Assembly (NCBI GenBank): GCA_037447605.1
Contig: CM074821.1
Coordinates: 1,178,001-1,242,000 of the forward strand
Length of the DNA stretch: 64,000 nt
DNA from: Zygnema circumcarinatum SAG 698-1b
Taxonomy: Eukaryota; Plantae; Zygnematophyceae
Direction: 5' to 3'
The position numbers and the translations under genes are program-made. The notes beneath the pieces are model-generated. The model saw nothing but the letters and a program-made list of their open reading frames with translations. It had not been told where the DNA came from and did not search any database. Shown one piece after another: positions 36,901 through 49,900 of this stretch. Each line of letters begins with the position of its first letter. The first letter of the stretch is position 1.

Positions 36901-39900
36901 GTGGAGGAACGCATCTCGCTCCTCCCTGCAGAGATTCCGCAAATGAGTGTTCAATTCACGCAGGATAAGTTTGCAGCTCTGGAAGCTCTGAAAAAGGCTC
37001 AGTCCCAACTGCGATATTTGAAGGTAATTTTACTCTGCCTTTCTCTGGAAAAGGAGCAGAAAAATGAGGTTCAAAGTCAAAGTCGAAGTCTGTGTGCATA
37101 TGTGCAGATACATGTGAAATATGTTAACGCAGCTTAAGATCTTGCCTTTGTGTTTTTGGGGGAATAAGCTGAAATGTTTAGGGCCAATATGTTGAATGTT
37201 GGGGGTAGCAGGGACTGGCAGCTGCTCGGCAGCGAGGAGCGGGAGAGGAAGGAAGGAGAGAGGAGGAGGATATCTGTCCTATCTGCAGGGAGGGGCAGGG
37301 AGAGGGAGAGCGCGCTGTGCTGTACTGTGGCCACCTGCTCTGCATTCGCTGTACAGCATCATAAAACAAACCCTTAAGAACTGACCCGAAGGAAACTCTC
37401 AACTTAGAATACTATAAACAATGAAGTCCTAAGGTTGTCAGTTTATTATCCAAATCTGGAGGGAAGGAGAGTGGGAGGTAGGGAGACATGGAAGGAAGGA
37501 GCAAGGGAGGGAGATTCCCAGTAGACCCCGTTAGCTTGCTTTCTCCATTCCCACTATCTTAGCCCCCCCCAGCTAATCCTGTAGACTTCCCGCACACCCT
37601 AAGGTGCTTTTAGGGTTTGGATAATTTTTCGCAGGCTTTCTGCGCATGGCGGAGGCTACGAAAGATGGCCACGTGGCATGCCCTTCATGCCGAAGCCGCC
37701 AGGTGGTGGCTGACGTGGCGATCACTCAGCCAATGGGGAGCAGTTCCGCTCTGTCGGAGGAGGAGGCCATGGAGGCGAGTGTGGAGGTGAAGGGGTCGTA
37801 TGGAACTAAGGTCAGGAGCGAACTGCATAGGATATGGGAGTAGTGGGGGTGGGAGGGAGGGAGAGGGAGATGGTAATAAAAGGGAAAGTGAAAAAAAAAA
37901 CTGTTGACAAGATGTCCGCAATTAGAGTTTTTTTCACAAGCGTGAAGTTAAAGAACTTAGGGAATTGTGCAGAAAGGTTGTAATTGTGGACTTGTCAGTA
38001 AGGATTGACTAGTTTTCTGTTTTGAAAAGGGTTTTTTTGGTACTGAGGGATGCAAAGCTATAGATTTCATCATCTCTTCTTATTGGGTGTGCAATCGGCT
38101 CGCGGAATAGCGAAAGAAATCTGAAGAAAGATCAAATTCAGGAAACTAATGGGCTTTCAATATTTTCAGATTGAAGCTGTTCTACGACGACTGAAGCGAA
38201 TTTTACTACAAAATGCGGAGGCCAAAATTTTAGTATTCAGCAGCTGGGAGGAGGTCCTCTCTCTCGTAGAGCATGCCTTGCAAGCCAACTCCATCAGCTA
38301 TGCTCGAGGCAGAGGGAGAAGGTAAGGGAATCTCAATGTACTCCCTTCAACCAGCATTTACCCCATAGACATTCCTTTCAAACTCCTCTGAAGAAGGTCA
38401 TTTGTTCGGTCCTCAAACTAGGGAGCTCAAGACCCTTAGAATCACCTGCTTTTTCTCCAGTTCCAAGCGTTCTACTAAGTCTAAGACTCTTGCAGGTTGA
38501 AGACAGAGGTTTGACCTAACTTCAAGTCCCTCATTTCGGCTGCAGAAGTTTGAGTGAAGCCATTAGCCTGTTCAGAGGAGAGGGTGCAGTCCTGAAAGAC
38601 CCACAAAGTGGTTGGAAACGATCGAGGACCCCAAAAACCCGCCTTTTCTATACTGGGGCTGAGCCCTTCTTAGGGGGTGTTGAGGAGGGAGAGGCTTCTG
38701 GAATTGCGGTTTTGCTGCTTCCTGTGAAGGAGGGGGCCAATGGGCTGAACCTGGTGGAGGCGCAGCATGTGTTTCTCATCGAGCCTCTTCTGAACACGGC
38801 GGCGGAAGCGCAGGCTGTGAATCGCGTGCACCGGATTGGCCAGAAATTGCCGACTTTTGTTCATCGTTTCATTGTAAGCTTTCGTACTCCAACGCCCTTA
38901 TACATACATACATACATACATACCTACTCACAAACAAACATAGACACATATGTACATATTATATTACATACATACATACATACATACATATATACATAGA
39001 TACATACATACATACCTACCCACAAACACACATAGACACATATGTACATACACCATGTATGTATGTATTTATGTTATGTGTGTATGTGGGTATGTTATTT
39101 ATGTTATGTATGACTGTGTATATGCCTATTATCCTCGATAGAATGTATACATGTCTCCTGCTCATGCTTCCTAAGTGAAGGAGGTAAGAGACGCAGAGGA
39201 AGGGTTTTATAGCCATTGTTGAATGCAGGTTCATGGCGGGCAACTGAGAAGCTGTTTGCTGTATTGTTCAATGGAGCAGTCTGCATGGATGGCTCCGCTC
39301 AATAGATAGTACTGCCATGTTTGCGGTGCCCTATGAGTTTCTTGTCATTGTCTTTACTTGAAGTTTTGCTATCTCCTCTTGTTTTGTCCGACTACAGAAG
39401 CTCCCAAACATAGTTTGCAGAATTCCGAGCAGCTTAGCTGATTAGAGAAAATACATATCTCAGTTTGTATTGTGTACTTTTGTCTCAAAATTGAAAAAGG
39501 TACATTAAGATAGTAAGGGTTTTTCGCCGCCGCAACATTATTGTATCAAATATTGCCACCAGCTTGCTGACCGTAAATCAAATGCTGTCTATCCGTTCTG
39601 CTGGTTGTCGGGTTCCTTCGTTTTCTTTTGGCTTTTTTTTAGGTTGGAAGAATTTCACTTGACGGTTTCCTTAGAAGCCTTAGCACCACCCAAGCTCTTG
39701 ATAAAGTCATTGAGTTGAAGCGAAGGGTGGTCCTCCAGATAGACTTCATTTTTTTTTTTTTTTTTCCCCTGAATCCTTGCAAGCCATATTCATGCCTCGA
39801 TATAAACGATGCTTGTTGGGTTTGAACACTGTTTGGAAGTGTTTCTCTATAGACGCAATCAGTCTGTCAGAAAAAGATTAGAGGGGGGGGGGGGAGGGGA

Positions 39901-40352
39901 AGGGGGAAGATGATGTAGTTCATGCGTATTGTTGTTGCCCCAAATCTCTAATAAAGGCGCTAAAACCCTTCAACCCTTTCCTTACATTCTAAAAACAATT
40001 CTGAAGACCCTGAACCCTGACTGAATGCAATGCCGTTCTTTGACTTGTGCAGGTCGACAAGACGGTTGAAACGGCAATCTATGAGTTGGGCCTGAAGGGC
40101 CGGAATAGAACCAAAAACAAATTAGCATTGGCATCCAGTGGGGTTGGCGGTACACATGCTGACGTGGAGCATTTGACTGTTGCTGATGTCGATTCCCTCT
40201 TTAAATATGATGAACAAAAAATAGATAATGAGGGAGCTGCAGATTTGACCAGTTTAGAGAGCGGGGCAGCGAGAAACCACGAGTTGGCACCTGCAGAGGC
40301 GGCTGCAAGAGCAGCTGAGAAGAGACTGGCGGAGGGAATGGAGAAAGCATAA
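29361..40352 (+). CDS. SHPRH: SHPRH-like SNF2 helicase / PHD / RING E3 ubiquitin ligase, many exons
   Basis: MGGRKQAAPQR start, GGILADEMGLGKTVE, PHD (WVQCDSCLAWQHAACVGY), VCLDEAQ, WCISGTP, LRQACCHPQ, RING (CPIC...CGHLLCIRC...CPSCR), GANGLNLVEAQHV, QAVNRVHRIGQ. Confidence 0.95.
30911..30976. repeat. (TA)n microsatellite in SHPRH intron
   Basis: Directly visible. Confidence 0.95.
32826..33138. repeat. Intronic minisatellite, 42-bp unit made of two diverged 21-mers, ~7.5 copies
   Basis: cttcaatatgaagactatgct + cttcaacatgaaacctttgct repeated, inside the GT-AG intron between ...RFQKR and YHVVPSP... Confidence 0.95.
38901..39110. repeat. (CATA)n / (TATG)n degenerate microsatellite in the last SHPRH intron
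   Basis: Directly visible. Confidence 0.85.
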
Positions 40353-40493
40353 GTTTTTTTTTGCAGGTTGACAATTTTTTTCGCATTTAGAAGGAAAAGA
40401 ATTGTACGATCAGAAATGTACAAATTCAACGCGCGGGGAGCCTTGCCACGAGTACACCTCTACCCTCCTAAACCCTATTTTTTTTGTTCCAAT

Positions 40494-43400
40494 TTATGCT
40501 ATTTTATTTATCACAGTTTGGTGCAATGACTTCAGCTGCGTCGTCCACTTGTCGACCGCTGAGTACTTTCTCAATCCTCGGGATCTGCAACCATTCTCCC
40601 TCTCAAAAACAATGGGTCATGCGGAAACACTACTGTCACAATCCTTATTATTACTCAAGGTGTCATTTAAGGCGGCGATGCCCATCAATGATCCGTCTCA
40701 CTCATGCATGAGCAGAACTCACCGAAGAGTGAGAGGGGTGCGAGGAATGAGAGTTACGGGATTGAGAGAGTGGGAGTGAGAGTGAGGAGAGCGAGAGTGC
40801 GAGTGAGGGGAGTAGGACGAGGAGAGTGCGAGCGAGAGTGACCGTGAGAGTGAACGTGAGACGAGTGAGGGTGAGGAGAGTGGGAGTGAGGAGAGAATGA
40901 GGGGAGTGGGAGGAGGGCACCTGTCACCCAATTCTAGCAGCTGGTTCACTTGGTCAATGTGCCCCTGCACGCGGTTGTCTAGAATGAGGGAGACCAACAG
41001 ATGCTCCACGTCCTTCTCGGGAATGTTAAGCTCCTGCACGGAGGAGTGAGACTATTTCTTCGTGTGTAAGTCAGGGCTTTGACTGCATCTGGGTACATCA
41101 GAACATTTGTCTGATAAAGTTGGGGCAAAGCGCAAATAATAATAGTAAAAGGAACGAGAACACGGCGGGAACGAAAGCCAAGGGACACCGACCTTCGAGA
41201 CGAAGGGAATACGAATTCGCGTGTACGGTTTGATGAGTTTCAGAAGAACCTGCGTCCGGATCTTCTTCAGAAGGTCTTCTATGTAATTTCTGATGAACGG
41301 ATCGTCCATGATGGTTTTCCCGTTTGTCTGCAGCACCGCATGAAGCAACCCCTTGCTCAAACTTGCCGCTGAGGGAAGCTCATGACGCGAGATACACAGC
41401 GAGTACTTTTGGAAGGTGAGCAGCAAAGTGCTGCACCTTGAAGTGAAGGCATATACACACTCCCCAGACACTCACCCACCTTCAATATCTTCTCAAACTC
41501 CAAGATTTCGTTTCGTTGATACGCTGCAACAAGGTTGGTCATTGCCAGAATCTCCGGGTCGTTCTTGTACCTGCATTGCATGCTCAGAAGGATAAGCCAA
41601 GGATGAGCGGAAGCCCACAACATGGTTAACCTAATTTCAATAAACTGATGACAGATTGGCACTTAGAGAAGGAGGGGGGGAGGTGGGCAGGGGGGGATGG
41701 GGGATGGAGGATGGGAGATGGGGGATGGGGGATGGGGGATGGGGGATGGGGGGCATGGGGATGGGGGATGGGGGATGGGGGATGGGGGATGGGGGATGGG
41801 GGATGGGGGATGGGGGATGGAGGATGGAGGATGGAGGATGGGGGAGGGGGAGGGGGAGGGGGAGGGAGAGGGAGTGGCAGAGGGAGAGGAGAGGGGAGGA
41901 CGGCAGTGGAGAGGAGAGGAGAGCAGAGGGAGAGAGGGGGAGGCGCCATCTCCTGCACGTTCTTTGAAACCGTTAACACTAGGGTTAAAGAAGCTGAAGT
42001 TCCTATGTTTAGTATGCACGGTGATGGTTGAGGAGACGTACGGCTTTGCCTCCTGTGCATCGAAGGGGTTGACTTCGGACTCCATCAACATGTTGGCCAG
42101 CACAAGGTACCTACTCCCACACACTCCCTCTCACTCACTCCCACTAAGCATTTCAAGTGCGAAGGCACCATAAAGTAAGAAAAGAAAGGAAAGTGCAAAG
42201 CTAGAAAACGACAGGGAAGGAATCTTTCAAAACACAAGTTGACATTGTCCCCTTCGACTGCAACTGCAACTTCCCAGAACAAGGAAACACCATTATGTGG
42301 ACTTAAGAGGGAAGGCCGGAGGAGGAGACGAGAGAGGAAGAGAAGAGGGAGGAGGAGAGACGAGAGGAAACGAAAGAAGAGAAGAGGGAAGCGGAGAAGT
42401 GAGAGGAGGAGAAGTGAGAGGAGGAGAAGTGAGAGCAGGAGAAGAGTGGAGGAGAAGCGAGAGGAGAAGAAGTGAGACAAGGAGAAGAAAAAGGACCACA
42501 TACTTTAAGCACTGAATGCGGCGCTGTGTTCCGGCTTCATCGTAGTTCTTAAAAGCTTCAAAGAAGTCAGTGGATGCCTCCTCCCACTGCCCATCCGCCA
42601 TGTGCATCTTCCCCCCACACTCTCTGATGATCCCCATAATGCGTGGATGAGGAATGGCGGATCGGATGGTCAGTGCTCGGTTGTACAGTTGCTGCACAGC
42701 ACAATGGGAAGGGGGGAAAAACTGAGAGGTCGCTGCAGATTGCTTGGTTTGGTCATCTTGACCACAAAATAAGTATATACATCAGTCAGTCGATCTCGCT
42801 TCGGATTTCTTGGAGTCCAAGAATCTGCACAGGTTGAAGCTTGGTGGTGAAGTGTCTGTAGTAGGAATACTTCCTGGTAGTTACGATGCTTTACGAGAGA
42901 AGAGCTCTCTACTGGGAGTAAGAGTGAAAAGAAGAGCAGATTAGGACAAGGAGGGACCAATGGAGAGAAGTGGCGAGAGAGAGAGTAAGAGAGAGAGAGA
43001 GTGAGAGCGGGAGAAGAGAACAGAAGTGAAGAGAAGTGAGGGCCAGAGGAGAGGGTGGAAGGAGGGTTTTTAGGGTTTTTACAAAGATATTGAAGATATT
43101 GAAATTATTGTAATCCTTCCAAGCTATTCGCAGTGAAACTCTTTGGTCCAATTTTGAAAAATAGGCAGTAATCTGAGAAACCCCTTCGCGGAGTTATGGT
43201 GCCAAAATTTGTGGCGATGTGAGGGACCGCACCTTCAGCTTCTTGTTGTTCTTCGTTTCAGTGTACATTTGAATTTCAATCGCATATACTTCCAGGAGCT
43301 GCGTTCCTTTCCGTTGATCATCAGTCCCATCGTCTTTCTGGCATGACTTGTGCAGCTCCTTCAAAATCTGAAACATCCACATGGCTAGAAGTAACTCTTG

Positions 43401-45595
43401 CTTAGCAATCTGATAATATGCCTACAATAGAACAGACTCAAAGATCGGAAACGATTCATACGATGACACAGCCATGATGAATAACGAGCAGTTCACGTGA
43501 CTTCAGTATTTTGCATAAAACAATAGCCTAGAACAACGTGCAGTGTTAGTTAGGCTTCAGCATATACTAATTGCATATTGACGAAGTGAAAACGTACATC
43601 CTTGCACAAGTGAACAACATATTAACTACAAAACTATTTTGCAGATGAATGACAAGTTCACCCTTCTAAATCAAAATGTCTCCAAACGAAAGCTGGACCA
43701 TACCTTGTTCATTCGGCCGTACTCTCCCATGTCAAACCAAAGTTTACAAAGTTTCAAATTCGTTTTGAACCAGAGCCTCTGCAGCCAAACGGTCCCCACT
43801 CCAAAACTATCATCAAACCCTAAAAGAGTACACAATGTACGCACAGAAAAGACACTGTGGATGGTAAATAACTTCCTTAGAAAGGAGGTTACAGGTGCAA
43901 TAACTACTCCCTGGAGGAAAAAAACCATTGAGCTTTCGCCCGAGTGACAGTGAGGAACTCACAGACAAACAAAATCTTGAAAACTGAAACATAGAAACTG
44001 CCTAACCGGCAGTGCTGTTAACCAATTTTATCGATTTTCCGAATGAAATTTTGGAGCAACGACGGGTCCAACATCTCATGAGTGTGGTTGTTGCAAATCA
44101 AGCTCTACTGCAACTTCTGTTCCCCTAGTGCTATAACGACTCTTAGCTTCTGTAATGCAATGCAATGCATGACTTCACAAAGGTCTCTTCTTGCAAGGAG
44201 AAGGACCCCACCTCATTCTTTGCTTCCTCCAGCGCCCACAAAGTTGTTTGGTAAAACTCTTGCAGCAGTTGCAGGTTCTGACTTGTTGAAACCACGTCGA
44301 GAATCTTGTTGATGCATTTCTCGCTGTAATTACGCGTGATGGCAGATTTGATGTATGTCAACATTTGGCGGTACGCTTCCATCATCTCCTTGAAATTACC
44401 ATCGCGATAGTGCAGCTTCACCGTCTGCTTCAGAGCCTTGAATCCCCTGTAATTTTTCACGTTTACACGCTTTAACTCTTATAGAACCAGGAAAGTGACT
44501 CAAAGGGAGGCTGCAAAATCTAAATTGTCTCCAGAGAGAGGGGAGGGAGGAGCGGAGGAAGAGAGAGCGAGAGAGAGAGAGAGCGAGAGAGAGATCCAGC
44601 TAGAATTTGAATGCATTTCAAGGATGTAAGCTGCTTCAAGGTGTTATCCTGATCGAGAGCTTCGCCTTCCAATACTACAATGCAAAGTAGGTCTAAACGA
44701 TCAAGAGTACGAAATATAAAAATAAGAATGGCTAATTAAGCTAGCTATTGCAGACTTCTGGCGAACACTGAGGCAGAATCAGAAAATGCTCTGCCGAAAA
44801 GAAAAAAGAAAGCGGGGGGGGAAGCATGTTTCAACTTTCAGCGTACCATTCACCTTTCTCGCCCTCCATTCTGACAACGTCCGCAAAGCCCTTCAACGCC
44901 GCCGCGGCGTCACTCTCCACGAGTCCTGCAGCTCAGGTTGGCAAAAAAAGTCAGCAAATTCCCCCTCCCCCCTCCCCCTCCCTCTCCTTTCCCACCCTCT
45001 CCACATCTCTCCCTCTCCCTCTCTCATCCCCTCCCCCGTCTCCCCCTCCCCCTCCCCCTCCCCCTCCCTCACCCTCCCCCTCTCATCCCCTCCCCCCTCC
45101 CCCTTCTCCCCTCCCNNNNNNNNNNCCCCCTCCCCCTTCTCCCCCTCCCTCTCCCTCTCCCTCCCCCTCTCCCACCTTTGGAATTATAGTACTGATTCTC
45201 AATGTCCACATCTTGCTCCTCCGGCTCCTCGTCCGAATACTCAAACCCGTAGTCCTCCATGTCTGCTCAAGCACGCGCGCATGCAAAAAACAAAACGATT
45301 GGAAATGCGCTTTCTGATCCCATAGACTCCATAAAACTCCAAACCCTAAACCACTTTCAAACCTTCTAAAACTCAGATTACTTTCCTTTAGGGTTCCAAC
45401 ATTTTAGGGTTCAAAACAGCAGCACTCTGCGATATGAAAATTTTAGGGTTTCTACGATTTGGATCTCCATTAGTCTCAAAGATTTCCATTTTTCAGTTTC
45501 CAAATTTCTAATTTCTAATAATTTCTTAATAATATTGACTATATGTCAAAAAACGTTGACTTTACGATGTGTAAACGCAGCGTACCTTCCTCCAT
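40494..45595 (-). CDS. CSN2: COP9 signalosome subunit 2 (PCI domain), ~12 exons
   Basis: Probable 10-nt first exon ATGGAGGAAG|GTACGC at 45595-45586, then [111 protein letters not shown]. Confidence 0.95.
41693..41900. repeat. (GGGGAT/GGGGGAT)n and (GGGGA)n G-rich tandem repeat in CSN2 intron
   Basis: Directly visible. Confidence 0.9.
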
Positions 45596-46907
45596 GGCTG
45601 CCCCCTCCCTCTTCCGGAAGGCCCCTGCTGCCTCCTGCTGCCTCCTGCTGCCTGCTCACGTGTACCCCCTTTGTACCCAACACAAAGGGTCAAAAGAATA
45701 TGGTGATAACAAGAACGGGCCGGCTTCGAGGTTCGAACTCGGCCTCCGCAGTTCGTTACTCGATGCCTTTATCTCGGATATCGATGCGATCTCGATATAT
45801 CATCAGTATCGACATGGCCGACATTTTTTTGGACCGTTGGATTCACCTCCGGGTTTTGCGGGACCTTTGTGAACCGTCCGATGGATCCCACGTGGCCCCG
45901 CACATAGAAATTGCAAAATGGTGGCCGCGAAATTCCGTAGCAGTTCTGAAACCTGTAAGAGGCGACTGCAAACTACGAACTGTAACATGGAGCACCGAAA
46001 ACCTTCTGTACGGCAGATCCCCCCTAGAGCTTCGCAAGTCCTTGTTGAAACTTGAAACCACGCGCCATGCCTTTAGAATTGGTAAGGTTGGACCATTCCC
46101 ATAGTTAGTGCGTCACTTCTGCTAGAAGCAGAACCCCTCTCAGTTTCTCATGGCTTTTTCTTCGGTCCTTAGGTTATTTGTGAGCGGTTGGTTCCTCGTG
46201 GTTCCCCATGTCCATGTCCATGTCATGTCCATTTTGAAGACATAGCCATCGTGAGATCAAGCCCAATTCACTTGTTGTTCTAAGTGAAAGCAAATGAAAG
46301 CATATGTATGTGTACAAACTTTCGCCATCTATTGAGCCTTCATGAGCACTAATCATAAGACAGGCAGACTGTTCAAAGGGCGCATAGAAAGCCGTTTCAG
46401 TTAGACTGCTGGCACATGTGACCGGTTCTTCAAGCCATTGACAGGCAGATGCTCTCACATTCGGCTGTGGAAAGTTGGAAGAGAATTTACTCCTTAATTC
46501 AAAAATGGGGAAACAACCCTAATTTCATGGAAGCTTCCGCAACTCTCCTGGGCAGAGGAAGATCCTTAACCCTAAAAACACTATTTTGGGCATTTTTGTT
46601 TGAACTTTTTGGTACCTTTGTGAGGACATTCCAACTTCCGTTCCAAGCTTGAGGAGGAACGCGTTGGCGTGCTATCAAAATATATAAAGAACATCACAAC
46701 TTCCAAACTTCCATCCAAACTTTGACCGAACTTTGACCTAAGTTGGGTCTGCACCATGGTTCAAACCAATGCTGCGAGTCCACAACCGGCTGGCAGTCGT
46801 GGGCCACTTGCATTGACGCTATGTGAGAAGGAGAGGGAGGTACAGAGAGAGAGAGAGAGAGGGGGGGAGAGAGAGAGAGACAGAGAGGGAGAGAAAGAGA
46901 GAGAGCC

Positions 46908-49900
46908 TTAAGAGAGTTCTTTGCTTCGCTTGGCCGCAGCAAGGACTGCATTCATAAGGAGCGATCTGAAGCCGCCCTTCTCAAGCTCGTGGATTCCGGC
47001 GATGGTTGTTCCTGTCAGATCGCAAAGCCAAAAACATGTGGGCCATCCTTCAAAAAGGAAAAGTAGGCTGTTGATGAAGTCACCAGAAAAAAAAAAAAAA
47101 AAACAAACAAACAAACAACGGAATTACCTCCGGGAGAGGTAACTTGGTCCTTCAAAACCCCCGGATGCTGACCGGTTTTGATCACCATCTCTGCCGACCC
47201 CAACACCTGCACAGGCCACGGAGACCCACTCCATCCTCTGCCTCTTGAAAGATTTCGAAGGAAAAAAAGTTTGCTCTGACTTAGCCCCAGCAACTCTTCG
47301 GTGAGGTGCCTTCCTTCCAAACATGTCATGTCACGTCATGGGTCTTGTGATGTTATGCGATGTGATGTGATGTGATGTGATGTGATGTGATGTGATGTGA
47401 TGTGATGTGATGTGATGTCATGTGGTGTCATGTCGTGTGCTGTCATGCGATGTGATAACATGTGATGTCATGTGATGTCATGTCTTGTGATGTCATGTGA
47501 TGTCATGTCTTGTGAGATGTCATGCGATGTGATAACATGTGATGTCATGTGATGTCATGTGATGTCATGTCTTGTGATGTCATGTGATGTCATGTGATGT
47601 CATGTGATGTCATGTCTTGTGATGTCATGTGATGTCATGTGATGTCATGTCTTGTGAGATGTCATGCGATGTGATAACATGTGATGTCATGTGATGTCAT
47701 GTCTTGTGATGTCATGTGATGTCATGTGATGTCATGTCTTGTGAGATGTCATGCGATGTGATAACATGTGATGTCATGTGATGTCATGTCATGTGATGTC
47801 ATGTGATGTCATGTGATGTCATGTGATGTCATGTGATGTCATGTCTTGTGAGATGTCATGCGATGTGATATCATGTGATGTCATGTGATGTCATGTCTTG
47901 TGATGTCATGTGATGTCATGTCTTGTGAGATGTCATGCGATGTGATATCATGTGATGTCATATGATGTTATGTGATGTCATCTCATGTCATGGGTCACCT
48001 CATGTCATGGGTCATGTCATGTCATGAGTCATGGGTCATGGGTCATGGGTCATGTCGAGTGATAAGCCCATGCATGCATGCATGCAGGTCGTACCGTCTG
48101 CGCCGCCAGCGAGAGCGCCACGTCCCTGGGGAGGCCCGCCGCGACGCCGCCGTCCGCCAGCGCCTCGATCGCCACGAACACGTACGCCGGCCCGCTCCCG
48201 CTGCGCGTTCCGTTCCGTTCCGTTCCGTTCCGTTCCCCGTTCCGTTCCGTTGCCAACCCCAAAGCATGGCGCATTCATTCATCAGAGAAGCCAAACTCGC
48301 ACCAGCGACGCACTTTCTCTAAAGCCAGACGAAGCCTTCGCTGTGAACAAGACAAGCTGCATGGTTTGCTTGTGGACGATGTGAGATAGCATTCCGAACT
48401 TGTGTTTTTTGTGCCATGAGGGAGTGGGAGGGGGAGGGGAGGGGGGGTGTACCTGAGGCCCGTGACTGCGTCAAGCAGCTTTTCGTCCACCGTGTGAATC
48501 TTCCCGATGGCGCTGAACATTGTACGGACGAGCTCTTCATCGCCCGCATGTGCGCACGGCCCCACACTCATCGCTGTTGCTCCAAAAATTTCAAAAAAAA
48601 AAAGGGGGTGGGGTGAAAAAATAAAAAAACTTACCCATCAAAAGGTTCGCAATGCACAGATGCTGAACTAAGTAAAGACCCGCAAGCTCCAATAGGGAGC
48701 TGTCTACTGTCCGTACAGAAGCCCTGTGCAATGCAAAGTCTCTTCAAGTTCGTGGCCTGCTTTATTCCTTATCTGCGCAGCCAATAGGAGGGTGGTGCAG
48801 AGCGCACCCGCAGCAGTCTGCCCCACAAGGCAGGGCGTGTTGGGCATGACCCGCACGAGGGACACTTTGTCTCCTGCCCACAACTGCATCCCAAAACTTT
48901 CTCGGTTAAGTTCACCAATTTAACTAGGTCGCAGCATTTGTACGCTCTTGAGTTGCTCAAAAACACACAGGAAATAGAGGTGGAATAGAACTAAGGAAAG
49001 AGTGAGAAAGGCTAGTGAGGGAGGGGAGAGAAAGAGCGAGAGAGAGAGAGAGAGAGATGGAGAGAGAGAGAGAGAGGGAGAGAGGGGCAGCAGTTCTACC
49101 TGCATTTTGGCGAGCGTGACGCCTGCTGCTATGGATATGACAAGGTGGCGGTCTTGAAGGGAGCCCGAATCGCGCAGGGCAGTCAGCACCTGCTGCACTG
49201 CAACTCAAGCTCTTCATCAGGGCTTGAAAAAATGCCCAAACCCTTCGAATTCCTGCTAGTTTTGAAGCGCATCAAAGACATGATACTTGATAAGGTTCCG
49301 GCTTTGCATTTCGCACTCTTATGCTACAAAAGACACTAATTACCCTCATCCTTCATTTCTTTTCTCTAAATTGTCTTCGTTATCTTTAGAAAAAAGTCAC
49401 AACACCAAAAACCACATTGGTCAAGCAATGACTTAAATGCCTACACACCTTGAAGTTAGGGGTCTTCGATCCTTGTGCAAAAATAGGCAGCATTAAAGAA
49501 GAAAAATTTGAATGCAGTACCTGTGTACGGCTTCACTGCAATGAGGATGACATCGCTGTGCTCGGCCACCTGAAACCAAAACAAACAAAAGAGAATGCTG
49601 AGGTCTTCGCTTATGCAAAGTTTTATCAATTGCATTTGGAAGCCGCTTCGACCAAAGCAAAAAATGTGGGCTTTGGGGCTAGTTCCGAAAAAGTTTTAAT
49701 CACACCTCCTTGAAATCCTTTACAGGATTTGCGCCGAACCCGCGGAAAACCTCCAACCTTTGAGGGTTTGGGTCCGTACAAAAGATTTTCGAAGAGTGAA
49801 TCAGTCCCTGCTTCTCCCAGCCTCTCGCCAGCGCTTCCGCCATCTGCCCCGCGCCTGCAAAAACAAAAATATATATAAATGTATATATATGTGAACTAAA

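Noticed and set aside
41626-42515. Poly-Pro/Gly/MGDGGW and RRSE ORFs
   Set aside because: Simple repeats in CSN2 introns.
45261-45325. Alternative CSN2 start MGSE... with a non-canonical short intron
   Set aside because: A canonical 10-nt first exon with a GTACGC donor at 45595-45586 explains the start better.
45715-45760. tRNA-like T-arm on the minus strand (ccgagttcgaacctcga)
   Set aside because: No matching acceptor stem, D-arm or anticodon arm upstream; at most an isolated B-box-like word.
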